This document shows positions 30,720-44,929 of a stretch of DNA of 64,000 nt, one piece after another (position 1 is the stretch's first letter; the number at the start of each line of letters is the position of its first letter). The DNA comes from the human T2T-CHM13v2.0 reference genome, Homo sapiens. Below the pieces are notes generated by a model that saw only the letters and a program-made list of their open reading frames with translations, did no database searches and was not told the DNA's origin. A program made the translations under genes and the position numbers. The DNA is taken from assembly GCF_009914755.1 (NCBI RefSeq), contig NC_060930.1; one strand, given 5' to 3'.

Positions 30720-31177
30720 AGGCTGCTATAATCTTGATTGTGGATGGTACGTGTGGGCCCAGGGCTCCTCATATCAGATGGGTAGAGTAATTATAAAAAC
30801 TACTTTGGGGTCTAGTATAGCTCTCAGCAATATAGTGTATGCACAATAAATGTTTGTTGAATAAATGAATTATAGTTAAAATGCCTTATTACCTAGAATC
30901 AAGGAATTACTTTTAACTTTGTACTAAGCATGTTTGTTTCTCTGCCTTCACATTCTAACCAGCTTAAGTTCTAATTTTTCTTTAAATATTTTTCTGACGT
31001 GCTAGCTTATTTTCTTATCATTATGCACCTCCCATAGCCTTTATTATTTGGATTATGTATTTTATTCCTTAATTACATTATTACATTGTATTCTAATTTG
31101 GTTTTTATCTAATTCTTTGCAAATAGTTTGTGTATGTAAAGAAACCAAAGTACCCTCTTTTTTTGTATCCTATATAG

Positions 31178-31633
<456 letters not shown>

Positions 31634-31694
31634 TAGTTCGTATTGCGTAGCAACTTATATTGATTATCTGAATAATAATTTGTTCCCCTCACCC

Positions 31695-31992
<298 letters not shown>

Positions 31993-34900
31993 TGAATAAT
32001 AATTTCTTAATGTAATTTCCTATAAACATTAAATTCCCAATTTATACAGTCATCATGGAATACCTAAGATTCACTACAAAATAGCATCATTGCTTTGTTT
32101 AAGTCTCATAATGGCTGAATATAGAACATGTTTACTCCAAACTGATTTTTTGATTTTTTTCTTCTCTTTAAAATAATAAATACTCATTTTCTTTACACTA
32201 GTGTGAATACATTTCATTCAGCTTCCATGCTTTTCTCTCTCCCCTTCCACATTTACATTTTCCCTGGATGTTTCTTACTTTCCCTTTCCCCTTGGTCTTA
32301 TTGTATTTTTCTTCCAGTTAAATTGCTCCTAGTTTTTTTTTTTTTTTTTTTTTTTTCCTTTCTCTCTGTGCTTCTACCTTTCTGGAATGGTGTTTCTCCC
32401 CATTTCTTTGTACAAAATGTTGCTTTCTTTTCCTCTGAAAGCTGTCTGTTCTTAAGAGATGCATTGAATTTCTAATTACATGCTCTAAGAGTGTACTGCC
32501 TACGTAGACTGGGTACCTAATTTACATATTGCTCTATGGTAATTAATAGAGACTTCTAGAAAATGTGGATTTTAGAAATATAAGGGGAGAACCCTATTTT
32601 TCTTAGGGTTTTAGTTATGCTCAAATTTCTTAGAAAATAAGGAGTGAAGCCTTAAAATCGCTGAAGTTTTCTAATATCTATATATTATTTCTGAAATTTG
32701 GGAATAGTCAGATATTCAGTGAATAATTTTAAAAGTTTTTACCTTCTGTTTTGGAAGTTGACTACTTTGAAAGTTGACTATATACTTTGGAAGTATATAG
32801 TTAAGAAATAAATTAGAAATTAGTTTTTATGCCATGTGGAATTATTATATAAAAATGCACAATAAAGAAGTCCAAATATATTTGTAACATAGTTAAATAT
32901 CAGTTAAAAATATTTACCCCAGTGGCTGTTATAATCATTAGGAGTTTCTTTACTCAGTGAGCCAAGAATAGATCTATAATCTGGCATCACAGAGCTGTAC
33001 TTTTTCTGTTTTATTGAGAGGTTAAAGCATGGTCTCAAAATGCAAATGTATCATAGGAGTACATAGGAGATAGAAAACCACCTGCATTTTTTTCTGGTTG
33101 AAAATGTTTCCAAAGCATAGACCTTGTGAAAGCGATTCTCATAACCTTTTCTAGAATGAAAAACAAGTTTAAGGCTTCTATTTCTCTAAACCTGTTTTCT
33201 CTCACACCTGAATGAATCTAGGAGGATTGAATGGAGTTGAGAATTTAGATTCTTCTCCCCGTGTTTTGAGTCATTGGCTACATTTCTCAGCTTTCTGGTT
33301 TGTAAAATTAGGATATAATTCTTCAATGTTTGTTTAATAACCTGACCTCTTGCTAAGTGTAAGACCCTAGAGTAGGAACTATAGGGCTTAACATAAATAA
33401 GACATAGCATATTCCCTCAAGAAATTTTCATCTAGAAAGATATTCATTTACTGTTTACTGAGCCTCAAAAACCATCTCTCTGAATTGACTTAGGATAAAA
33501 GCAAAGTTTGGCCTTTCTCCAGTGGCATTTAGCTATTGCTCCTTTTGAAGGGATTTACAAGGTAAACTCCAGGATCACCATGTACAGAACTGCTGATTGC
33601 CAGTTCTCTTGACCCCTTGGGAAACTTTGGAGCTCGGCGTTCAGCTGCCTGTGCAAGTGGGCGTTCTGCTCAGGGCATTCCCACACTGAGACCAACACAG
33701 GAGTTCCCACTCATCATAGTAATTTCTAAACAGTAGTAATTAAACTAGTTAAACTAAATGTTCTAGTTAATAAAACATTCTGAGTATGTTTAATTTGCTC
33801 CAAAGTATTTTAAAAAATAAGAAAGAAACCAATGCTGTTTCATAATACTTTGTTTGGAGATGTTATTTTTTTCTCCCTAAATGGGTTAAGAACAACAGTA
33901 TAAACCAAAAGTTGTGTTTTTTTTTTAACAAAATGAAGTGTCTGTTTATTTTCAGTATACACTTTAAGCTTCTAATATTGTTCACTTAATTCTATTACAT
34001 GAAAGGAAAATATTATACCTAGCCTTCCAAGAACACAATATGCAGTGGACACTCAAATATTGAATGAGTGAGTGCCCACTGCATATTGTGTTATTGGAAC
34101 ACTTTGGAAACACTTCTTCCATTTGTTCAACTTTCTCCAGTCATGTGGAAAATGGCTTTTTTCTTCAACTAAGAGTGGTACTTCCCAGTGCAGCTAAGGT
34201 CAAAAAGTGTTAGAAATGTGTGTTCATTGCAATCTCTAAAGTGCTTTTTATCCATCTTTTAAAGACTACATACTTCAAATGGATTTCAGACCTAGATCAG
34301 CAGTCAGATTAAAGAATTGCAAAGTGAGATTAAACTAGTTTTAAATTTATCATGCCTGATGATAAAATTCTATAGTTCTGTTTTGGTATGTCAAATGGAA
34401 AAGGCAGAGAAATTGATTGGCAATCCAAATGACATTTGGGAACTCACTTAGAACCTTCAAGATAGGATCCTGAACCCAAGGAGCACCTACTCTTATTCAT
34501 CTAGTCCTTGACATAGAAGAAATTACAGTTTGTTTTGGGGAAACAGTTTTAACAAGCTCGAACATTCAAATTTGCCTTCAAGTATTTTTCTCTAGAAGAA
34601 ACCCGGGTAAGTTCCCTTAGCTTCAGATCCATCAAGGAATAAACAAAATGAGATGGGTTAGGATCTTCCCAAACGAAGCAGCTACCCTAGTTATGTAGGT
34701 CCTACTTTAGTTGTGCACTGAGATCGTCCTGCAATCCTTCCAAAGGTAGGACAGGAAGCATAATAGGAAAGAAAACTATGTAGTCATCATATTTGTGCCA
34801 ATCGTGTGGACTCCTATACAGTAGTTCAGGCTACCAGTTTGGTTGGGCCATGCTTCAGTAGCCCATTATTCCTTTCACTCAGTAGAATGGCCCCAGTTAT

Positions 34901-37900
34901 TCCTCTGAAATTGGAAGTTAGAGTTTCACAGTATCTCTAGCAGGAAAGATTGCCTTACATGGTTCCAGATCTTTTACATCTAGTATTGGACTTGATGAGC
35001 TACTTTACAATTACATTTCCTAAACTAGTTGGGTCATGCTGCTGAGAGCTGTTTTCCAGAGCTAGTGGGTATGGAGTTTTCTTCCAGGCTTCAGGGCAGG
35101 AAGTGGATAATAAAAATACATTTATAGATGGCGCTAAGTGAGGTAGCCTAGACAACCATAAATAAGAATAATCAAACCATCACGTTGTACTGGAGAAGAC
35201 AGAATATTCCTCTAATTGAAGGGTAGCTATCATAATTTAAAATTGTCATCATGAAGGATTGTACTTTTTTTCTCCAAAAAAGGTTAAAGGCAAATACCTA
35301 TTTTTTTTTTTGGTTTCTTGTTGATTCAAATTCCCTTTCCACACTGCAATCTTAGTATAGATTTCTGGAGCACGTGATAATATATTTAAAAGAGCTATTC
35401 ACAATAAATCTGTTATGTTTTTGTACTTGTTTCAAGGGTGACATGTAAAGTTAGTGGTTGCTCTACAGTAAGCATCTGGTAGTGGAGCGGCAGTGCAGCA
35501 TGACAAGGACCTGGACTGTAGTGTCAGCCCTGGGAATGTGCAGAAACGGAGAATAGGAGAAAATTCAAAGGGAGAACTGGAGTTCTTAGCTCTCCATTGG
35601 CTTCTGGTTGGCAAAAGAGATGAAAGAATCAAAATGTTCTTGGTTCCAAGCAAGTGTGACTGTGACCACGCAGAAGTTACTCAATTCTGTTTTAGGTAAA
35701 GAACAAGCACAAGTAGACATGTGGCCTGTTTGGGCTTTGGGAAAGACAGGGGATCATCAGTTACCAATGTAGAGTGATGGAGAAGAAATAAGGTCCTTGG
35801 AGAAGAGTGTATGGAAAAAGATTTAGGGAATACTGGCATCTTGGGAAATGAGAAGAGAAAGATTTGCAAAAGGGACAAAGAAGAGAAAAACTAGGAAAAT
35901 ACAACATCCACAGGAAGACTGTCTCTCAAAGGATTGCAATGGGATAAAAGTATTACAAAGAAAAGAAGTGAAAATGTGTGATGATGTAGAAAGCCAGGAT
36001 AGAAGGCGAGGGGCCAGAACCTAGAAGAAAACTTTGCCATCTAGGAGTGGACAGCATGTGCAGTGCCATGTGTTAGGAGGACATCCAATTTCACAGGAAA
36101 CATGATGTCCTGGAAAAAAAGGCCAGAACAACCCAGCAACTAGGTGGTGTGCAGACATAGCAATCAGTTTTTCAAAAGGGACCATGCAGGGTGAGGGGTG
36201 TCCCTGAAAGTATCACTGTATAACTAGGATGGGGACTCCAGAAGAGAGGGTGATATTTAGAGAGCCTCGAATGAAACCAGGGATATCTGGTTGGAAAGCA
36301 ATCTTGCAGTCTCTAAGAGAGATGCTGATAAGTGCAAAGCAGTTCTAAAGAGCTTGAGATAATGCACCAAACGGTGCTTGCAGGGGAGAAGGGAGACAGA
36401 TTAGGGTGCATAATTGATAAATAAATGGGTAAAGAGAGAGGGAGAATGGTAGATTAGGAATCAACAAAGTAAAGCTAAACTTTTATTTCTCCAAGCAGCT
36501 GGAGGTCTGTACAAATAAAAAAGCCTCAGGAACCCCCTTCCCTGAGAAGGGGAAAGATTAAAGTAATTGAGAATAACAAGATCCTGGAGTTATGGTAAAT
36601 AAAAGTTTAGGTTGGTTAAAAAAAAAGTTTGGAATGGCAACATTGGGAGCTATGATAAGGCAACATTAAGAGATAAATAACGCGATGTCTTGACAACTGC
36701 AAAGGCCCTGATAGAGTTCAGGCATGATCACGTAGAAGGCTACCTGGTGTGTGAGATTGTGAGAATTTCTCTAACAGTAGTGTGCAGGGTAAATTTTAAA
36801 AAGCAGATGGAGCCCTAACCCAAGGCTGGCAACTTTGTAGCCAAAGTAAAGGGAATGAGAAATTTTCTAGAAGTCACACACACTGAACATGTGTGACCTT
36901 GACCTTGGGCAAATCGTAAACCCCTCCAAGCACCAACCATCTGATAAATGTGGAAATAAGGAGACAAAGTGTTAAAGCTCCTTATATAATTGCTGGGCAA
37001 AAAAAAAAAAAGTAATTTTTATACTTTGTAACCATATATAGTCTATAGCCTCTTCAGAGGAGGAAATGCTGCAATAATAGACACATGTGAAAAAACATGT
37101 GTTCAACGAATAAATAAGTGAATAAGTGAATTAGCATAACACTTATTTAACAACAGCATTGTATTTGGTGCCAAGATTATAGAGCCAGATATTTCCTGTT
37201 GTGTGTACAAGTTCTCTGAGCTTGAACAAAAAGATTTTTCTTCAGAAATCAAGCCATATTTTATAATCTCTTTATTTTTGAGTGTATAGATAAAAACACA
37301 CTCTTAAAGCAGGAACTACTGCTTTGACACATTTAAGTAATAGGATTAGAGAGCTGGAAGGACCTTTGGTGACCAACTCTAGTGCTATCTTTTTTAGATG
37401 GGAAAACAGCCTGCAAAAATGTTAAGTAGCTTCCTCAGGATCAAGTACTATTGGAGCCAGCATTGGTGGTCAATCCTGTATAGAAATGACTTCAGTTGTA
37501 GATCTGTGACCTTCCTTACTTACCTTCCTCTACCAAAGGTACTCTATAATTCTTAATAAATGAATATTGACATTCATTTTAAATACTATTGTTTGTTCAA
37601 CTGTTCCATGAAGAATATTCTTTAAATAAGCATTGTAGTGCTAACAGGGAAAATATTTTTCCCTTTTATAAACTTCTAATAGCTGGCAAAAGATAGTAAT
37701 TTCCATGACTTTTCTTTCTTCTAAGGAAGTTAAATTCTGAAGACGGTGTTTTTCTTGGAGTTAAACCATATATTGACTTGTTCTTTAAAGGATCTAATAA
37801 GTGAATAGATCAAGTAAGAAACAAATTAGTATTTAGCCCATTCAGTTGCAGCACTGTGGTTTCTTTCCAGATATGAAAATGTGAGAAATATTTCCTGAAA

Positions 37901-38847
37901 TCAAGCAAGTGGGAGTGGGAAAGAGTATGTATAAATGTTACATGAGGAATCCAAAATCATCATCAGCATCACACACACACACAAAAATACATTTATTATT
38001 TCACACACAATTTCATTACACTTGGTAAATTCATTAGGGCAAGGCAAATGTATTCATCCAGACATTCAAATAAGCAGAAACATCTGTGCAGTCTTTAAAT
38101 CTGCCATGTTAAACAGGCCTACCACTCTGTTTATATGCCCCAAAGAGCCTGAACCAAGACAGACGTAAGTAGGAGCAGCTGGATTTGACCCTAACTCTTG
38201 AAAATCCTGCCCTGCTTGAGAGGTAAGGCATATCTTCAGCTTTGCAAGCACACTATTTTGTGTGTGTGTGTGTGAGAGAGAGAAAATGGTTAAAATTAAT
38301 GTGAATTTGGTTCTCCCTCCTCATATTTGTCTATATTAATATACTTTTTAATTGTTAATATTATCATTAGAAAGGTGATGGTTTCATGAATGAATTATGA
38401 AGGAGAAAATAATTTTGGTATCTAAAATTGTTGGCCAATAATTGACCATTTTCTGCCTGGGTCATGTACGTGCACTGAGAGGTTGAAGTGTACTGTGTGT
38501 GCTTCTTCAGGCATTTCCTATTTATCTGAGACACTTTTGAGACAGAGAGGTGACTGGAGAAAATGAAGGGTTCTCCTTTATTTTTATGAACAATTCTCTA
38601 CGCCTCATTACTCTCACAATTTTTGAATATCTACAATCTTTTCTCTCAGTTTTCTTAACCTCCACGCTGATGGTCCTGATTCAGAGCTACTTCGTTTATT
38701 ACCCAAACACAGCTTGGGGAAGGGAAGGGGGATGTAAGGCAGTAGAGGCTTAATTCCCCTTGTTATTATACATGGCTATTGCTATTTGTCCTAGGGAAGA
38801 GGGTTGGCTTGGCCCTACTAGATAAAGAGCATGTTAAAAAGGCCTCC

Positions 38848-39934
38848 CAAATTTACAAGTGAAAAACAAACATTTTGCGAGTAAAAAACAAACACACATA
38901 TCCTTTGCCCATTAAACATTTTGTTTTGTTTTTTAAAATGAGCAAGGGATATGAACAGACACTTTTCTTTTTAAATTCTTATTTATTTATTTATCAACTT
39001 TTATTTTAAGTTCTGGGGTACATGTGCAGGATGTGCAGGTTTGTTACATAGGTAAACGTGTGCCACAGTGGTTTGCTGCACAGATCAACCCTATCACCCA
39101 GGCATTAAGTCCAGCAAACAGATACTTTTCAAAAGAAAATATATATGTGGCCAACAAACATATGAAAAAAATGCTAAATGTCACTGATCATTAGAGAAAT
39201 GCAAATCAAAACCACAATGAGATACCATCTCACACCAGTCAGAATGGCTATTGTTAAAATGTCTAAAAATAACAGATGCTGGCAATGTTGTGGAGAAAAG
39301 GGAACTCTCATAACCTGTTGGTGGGAGTGTAAATTAGTGCAATCATTGTGGAAAGCAGTATGATGATTTCTCAAAGAACTAAACATAGAGCTGCCATTCA
39401 ACCCAGAAATCCCATTACTGGATATGTACCCAAAGGAATATAAATGGTTCTGCCATAAAGACACATGTACACGTATGTTCATTGTAACACTATTGACAAT
39501 AGCAAAGACATGGAGTCAAACTAAATGCCCATCAGTGGTAGACTGGATAAAGAAAATGTGGTACATGTATTCTATGGACTACTACACAGACATAAAAAAG
39601 AATGAGCTTATATCCTTTGCAGGAACATGGATGGACCTGGAGGCCATCAACCTTAGCAAACTAACACAATAATAGAAAACCAAATATTGCATGTTCTCAC
39701 TTATAAGTGGGAGCTAAATGATGAAAACACGTGGATGCAAAGAAGGGAACAACAGACACTGGAGTCTACTTGAGGGTGGAAGTTGGGAGGAGGGAGAGGA
39801 ACAGAAAAAATAACTATTGGGTCCTAGGCTTAGTACCTGGGTAACAAAACAAATCTGTACAACAAACCCCTGTGACAAGAGTTTACCTAAATAACAAACC
39901 TGCACATGTACCCCTGAACTTAAAAGTTATTTTA
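38848..39934 (+). mobile_element. 5'-truncated L1 (older L1PA) with TSD, carrying a nested L1
   Basis: ORF2 C-terminus ([24 protein letters not shown]; YPKEYK...CTRMF) and 3'UTR; TSD aaaaaggcctcc at 38836-38847 and 39935-39946. Confidence 0.92.
38968..39115 (-). mobile_element. Very short L1PA 3' end nested antisense in the older L1
   Basis: T-rich tail + ttttaagttctggggtacatgtgcagg...ggtttgctgcacagatcaaccc; TSD aacagacacttttc (38954-38967) / aacagatacttttc (39117-39130). Confidence 0.9.
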
Positions 39935-40141
39935 AAAAAGGCCTCCTTTGGTCATGGAGATTTGTACACAAACACAGAGCATTTTCCATTGATCCTCAGT
40001 TAAAGGCACCCTGCAGTTATTTAACCCTGACTTCACATACCAAAGGAAGTCTAATTATTTGATGTGTGCTAAACATCCTCAGTGTGGTGCTGCTGTTCAG
40101 CCACATTAAATTCACAGGACAAGTCTGCACCCTATGTAGTA

Positions 40142-40380
40142 CAGATTGAGTATCCTTAATCCAAAAGTCTGAAATCCAAAATACTCCAAAATATGTAACT
40201 TTTTGAGTGCTGGCATGATTCTCAAAGGAAATGCTCATCGGAGCATTTCAGATTTTGGATTTTGGATTAGGGATGCTCAAACAGTAAGTGTCTGCAAATA
40301 TTTCAAATTTTCAAAAAAAACCTGGAGAGGCCAAAACACTTCTGGTCACAAGCATTTCAGATAAGGGATACTCAAACCTA
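40142..40380. mobile_element. Tigger4a/MER46-type TcMar-Tigger MITE
   Basis: TA then TIR cagattgagtatcc...ggatactcaaacc; internal ctcaaaggaaatgctcatcggagcatttcagattttgg. Confidence 0.85.
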
Positions 40381-40761
40381 TCAATCTGTTAAACTTTTTG
40401 ATGTCTCCTAAAGACAGCCACAGCTGTTATGTATTTGTCACAGAAACCAGAATTTTCTTTAATTTAGAGATTTCTTTAATTTAGATAGTTTGCAAAGATG
40501 TAAGCATAAGAATGTTCCCTGAAACATTGTTTTCTAATTTTAAAAGTCTAGAAAAAACATAAAACTATGTTATTAGCATCTAGTTAAATCAATGATGGCA
40601 AAACTGTCCAAGGGAATACTGCATCCTTTGAAAAGAATGAGGTGGATATGTATGACATGGTATAGCATGATTTCTAAAATGAAAAAAAAACACACAAGGT
40701 ATAAACCAGTATGTACAGCACATAACAGGTATACACTTTGTAAATTAAAAAATACACACAT

Positions 40762-41250
40762 AGTAGGTTGTTCTCATTCTGTTCCATAAGGTCACTGCAA
40801 ATACTGAATTAGCAAATACCGACTCATTGCTCCTAGTGGAAATACAGGGTTAGGTCCTATGAGCCTTTGGTCATAACATTTTCATCAATGGATCAATACA
40901 TAACCTTATTTTATGTGTGTTTCTGTTTAAAGATACATTATTTAATATATATTGTTGATTCATTAACACTGAACTCACAGTTTGTAAGTCATACCTGAAT
41001 GTTGTTTATCTTACACATATTTTCTCCGTAAGGCACATCACAGCCTTCCTGTGCTTAGGAATGCTAGATCACCCTTCAGTCTGGTTCAGTGTTAGCTGGG
41101 AACATATGTGAGAGGAGAGGTTCAAATTTTTGGCTGGTCTGCACATGTCTGCAAATGACCTCAAAAGTGCTGTATTAACTTAGAGGTTACAAATCAATTT
41201 TGAGTAGATAAATTCTCAAATATGAAATCCACAAATAATGAGGATCAGCA
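40762..41250 (-). mobile_element. MER82-like Tigger element inside an old L1M 3' fragment (~40480-41330)
   Basis: Reverse complement of the end reads gatcctcattatttgtggatttcatatttgagaatttatctactc...tttgtaacc, as in the MER82 terminus. Confidence 0.7.
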
Positions 41251-41750
41251 ATACATAGACAGCATGTATGCATGTATATAAATGGAAAGTTTCTGGAAGG
41301 ATTAAACTACTAGATGAAAGTTATCTTTAGCGAATAGGGCTGTGGGGAAGGAATGAGACAAGGTGCACCTTTTATCATAACCCTCTTTGCCCTACATGAC
41401 TTTTTTACTGTGTGCATCCCGTAGTCCTTCTTATTCTCTGTCTCCTCCTTTTCTCCCACCATCACTATCATCGTCATTCTCTCAGCAAGCCAGTGCATTT
41501 TCTGAAGAACTCTAGGGACAAGGTTTTATTTGAGCCAAATTGCTCATAGTGAATATTCTCTGAATCAGGCTCCTGGAAAAGTTGGTCTACATAATTTTGC
41601 AAATTAGGAGTATTTTACAAATGCTAAGTATGACACTTAGAACATGAGTTCTCAGGGTAATTTGTGTCACATAATATTACCCCATATCCCAGCATGCTGG
41701 GATGGCCTGGACTTTGGGTACCTTTTGTCTGTCAAATACTCTTACTTAGG

Positions 41751-42102
41751 GGTCATGCACAGTGGCTCATGCCTGTAATCTTAGCACTGTGAGAGGCTGA
41801 GGTGAGTGGATTGTGTTGGAGCCTGGATTTTAAGATCAATCTGGGCTATATAGTGAGACCTTGTCACCAAAAAAAAACAAAAAAAAACAAAAAAAACATA
41901 GTAGCTGCGTATGGTGGGTGCATGCCCTAGTCCTAGCTACTTGGGAGGCTGTGGAGGGAGGATCACCTGAGCTCAGGAGTTTGCAGCTGCAGTGAACAAT
42001 GATGATGCCACTGCACTCCAGCCTGGGTGATACAGCAAGACCTTGTCTCAAGGAAAAAAAAAAACACACATACACACAAAACAAATCAATAAAAAACCCC
42101 AC
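41751..42102 (+). mobile_element. AluJ with expanded middle A-tract and decayed tail
   Basis: Perfect 16-bp TSD caaatactcttactta at 41733-41748 and 42103-42118. Confidence 0.92.
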
Positions 42103-43704
42103 CAAATACTCTTACTTACATTCTTATTGCAGGTTGCCAGAATGGAAGTTTAATAAGTAGGAAATGAATAATATTAATAATATAACAATAAGTATTAAGT
42201 CAGCATATGACATATGGTATGGAAATTCTCTTCAGGTTGAATTCCCGTTTTTAGTCTACCTGCATCTCCCTCATAGAAAGGAGAGGAAGGGAAGAGGTAG
42301 TGAGTCTCTGGGTTTGGTCCTCACTGGCTTTGCGCTGGGCCCACTCAGAGTTCTTGGATCTCACCTTCCTCAGGATGTCCAGACTCAAGAGCATTCATTT
42401 GTGGTTTGTCCTTATCATGCTTGGCTTCTTGAATGAGTTTGAAATCTTGCTATTTTTAACTTGTAATTTAGAAGATTGGAAAAGGTTTTAATTTTTGTTT
42501 GTTTCTTTCTTTGCATATGTCATGGTGAGTCCTTTAATGAAAGAAAAGCCTGAAGAGAATGTAACTACTTACCTCCCTGAAAGGCATTTTTTCTTAATGA
42601 ATGTAGAGATTTCCACTTCCCCCCAGGTACTTCATGTGATGTACTGTGCCCCTAGTTAATTGCAAGCTGAAGCCAAGCTGACTGACAGTAAATCAAGAAA
42701 ATGATGTATAAGGCATGCCCAATTATAGATGGAATACATTCATATTAATGGTATCCCATGGACTATCACCCTATGTCCATTGTTAATCTGTAATCTGAAA
42801 TAATTCAAATCTCTGTATAATTGGGTTTCTGACAGCAGGATCCCATCCATCATACTACATCTTCTCAAATATTGAGAATATTGTCTTTTAAATATGTTTG
42901 TATACATATACACATATATATATACATATATAATGAAACTGTGAAAAATACATCTTCATTTGATAAAAAAAAGTCAACAGGCTTATAAAGAATAACTTTA
43001 GCAGCAAATGATGAGTTTATTTTAAAAATAAATTTTGTAAATGTATGGACCTCTAAAAATAAAAATACTAAAATTTCTTATATGTTTATTTTCCTTACCA
43101 AATATGACAGTTATCCACAAGTGGAACAGATTGTAGTTATTGCTGATCTTATGTCTGAAAAACCACATGGATTTGGGGGAAAAAAAAGCATATGGTTATC
43201 TATTGGTCTACATAGTTTACTGTTGCATGGGTAGACAGAAGCTTTCAGTAAAACTAAAGGGACCTTTTCTGATCAAGCCCTGTGTATGGCTGATATATGT
43301 TCTGCCAATCCAGCCTTGTTTGAGTTTAAGGGTGCCTTCTGGCCTGGGGTCAATTTCTCTGTGATTGGTTTAATGTCATTTGCCCATAAGCATACATTGC
43401 AGGGTGCTGCCCAAGGGCAAGTGCACAGCTTAGGTACATCATCTCATTTACAAATCACCATCCGGCCATGTCTATGAGCACTGAGATATGAATCATCATT
43501 ATTTATACACTTTAGTCATATTTGAAGTTCTTCTTACTAACCCTATAAAACTCTCAAATGAATTAGAATCCTCAAATTCACATAACTATCCTATCCATTT
43601 CCTGTAGGCAGAGCCATATGCAAAACTAACCCATTATTGAGAGGTGCTTGGTAAACATAGGCACAGAACAGACTCTAATCACGTCTTGTAAATCTGGGGT
43701 CCAT

Positions 43705-43855
43705 TATAAATAATAAATAAAGTTTTATTGAAACACCATTATGCATATTCATTTATTTACTGTCTGTGACTATTCTTACATTACAACAATAGAGTTGAGT
43801 GGTAACAACAGTGATCTACAGCTGAAAAAGCTGAAAATGTTTACTATCTGGCCTA
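43705..43855. mobile_element. MER58-like hAT-Charlie fragment
   Basis: aataaagttttattgaaacac...catattcattt...acaacaatagagttgagtggtaacaac...aaaatgtttactatctggcc. Confidence 0.7.
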
Positions 43856-44929
43856 GGCCAGAAAACTATACTTTCTATCATGTGTCCTTGCCGTGTAGGC
43901 AGGTGACTTATGGAGAAATGGGATGAAAAAAATGGACATGGTGAGTCAATCATCAGTAGAGTTGAATTGAAAGAATGCCATTAGTTGGAGTCAGAGTCAT
44001 GGCAAGAGAGAGAGAGTGTAAGGTAAAGTTGTGAGGAAGAAGAAACCATGCATTAAGAAGAGAAACCTGGTCAGGAGACAGAAGGCTGTACAACAACCCA
44101 GAAAAAACAAAACAAAACAAAACGAAAAAAAAAGAAAAAAAAAAAGAGATGCCATAAGATGAGAGAAAGAAAGAGAGAGGCAGAGACAGAGACTGAGAGA
44201 CTGATCATCTGGCATATGGCCCTGAGGCAGAGATTAGCTTGTTCCTCAACTTCCCTAGGTTTCTGATAGCTGTTCAGTTCACAGACACATGCATGTAATG
44301 CCCCTGACCTCCAGGACCCCCATCTATGGACAGCAAGGAGCTCTTTTTGCAATCAAAAGAGAGGGACCAAAACAGATCATTATGTATTGCGCCATAATGA
44401 GGCAAATTTATTTCTCTTATTTGTAAGTTCCTATGGGAATGACTCCCCCATTAGATCACAGTATTGACGATAAGCATGAATAAGCTAATTTGGGTAGAAA
44501 AGTCACTTCATGTAGTAGAATGTAATGTTGACTGTTAAGATATCTCATACATCATGAAATTAAATAAGATTTCCCTTTTATTTCATTTGTTCAGCCACTC
44601 AGTAAATATTGAAGACCTATTAAGTATAAAGAAGTGCAAGACAGCTTGATGGATTAGAACATGTATGTAACAAACCCACTCCCAGGGAACATGTACAATC
44701 TTGTATGAAAGTTGAGACAGATACACTGATGACTACCACACAGAGAAACCTATGGTAATTAAATTTGATAATTATTTATAGCAGTCACATTATGTACTAA
44801 AACATAAAGAACATAAGGCCATTCACCATGGCTATTGAGATGGATGAGGCTGAGCCTTTGACGTTGGAAGAACAGTAGCACTGTACACAAGAACTGAGGA
44901 TCACTTCTTGCCATCAAGACCAGGGAAGC

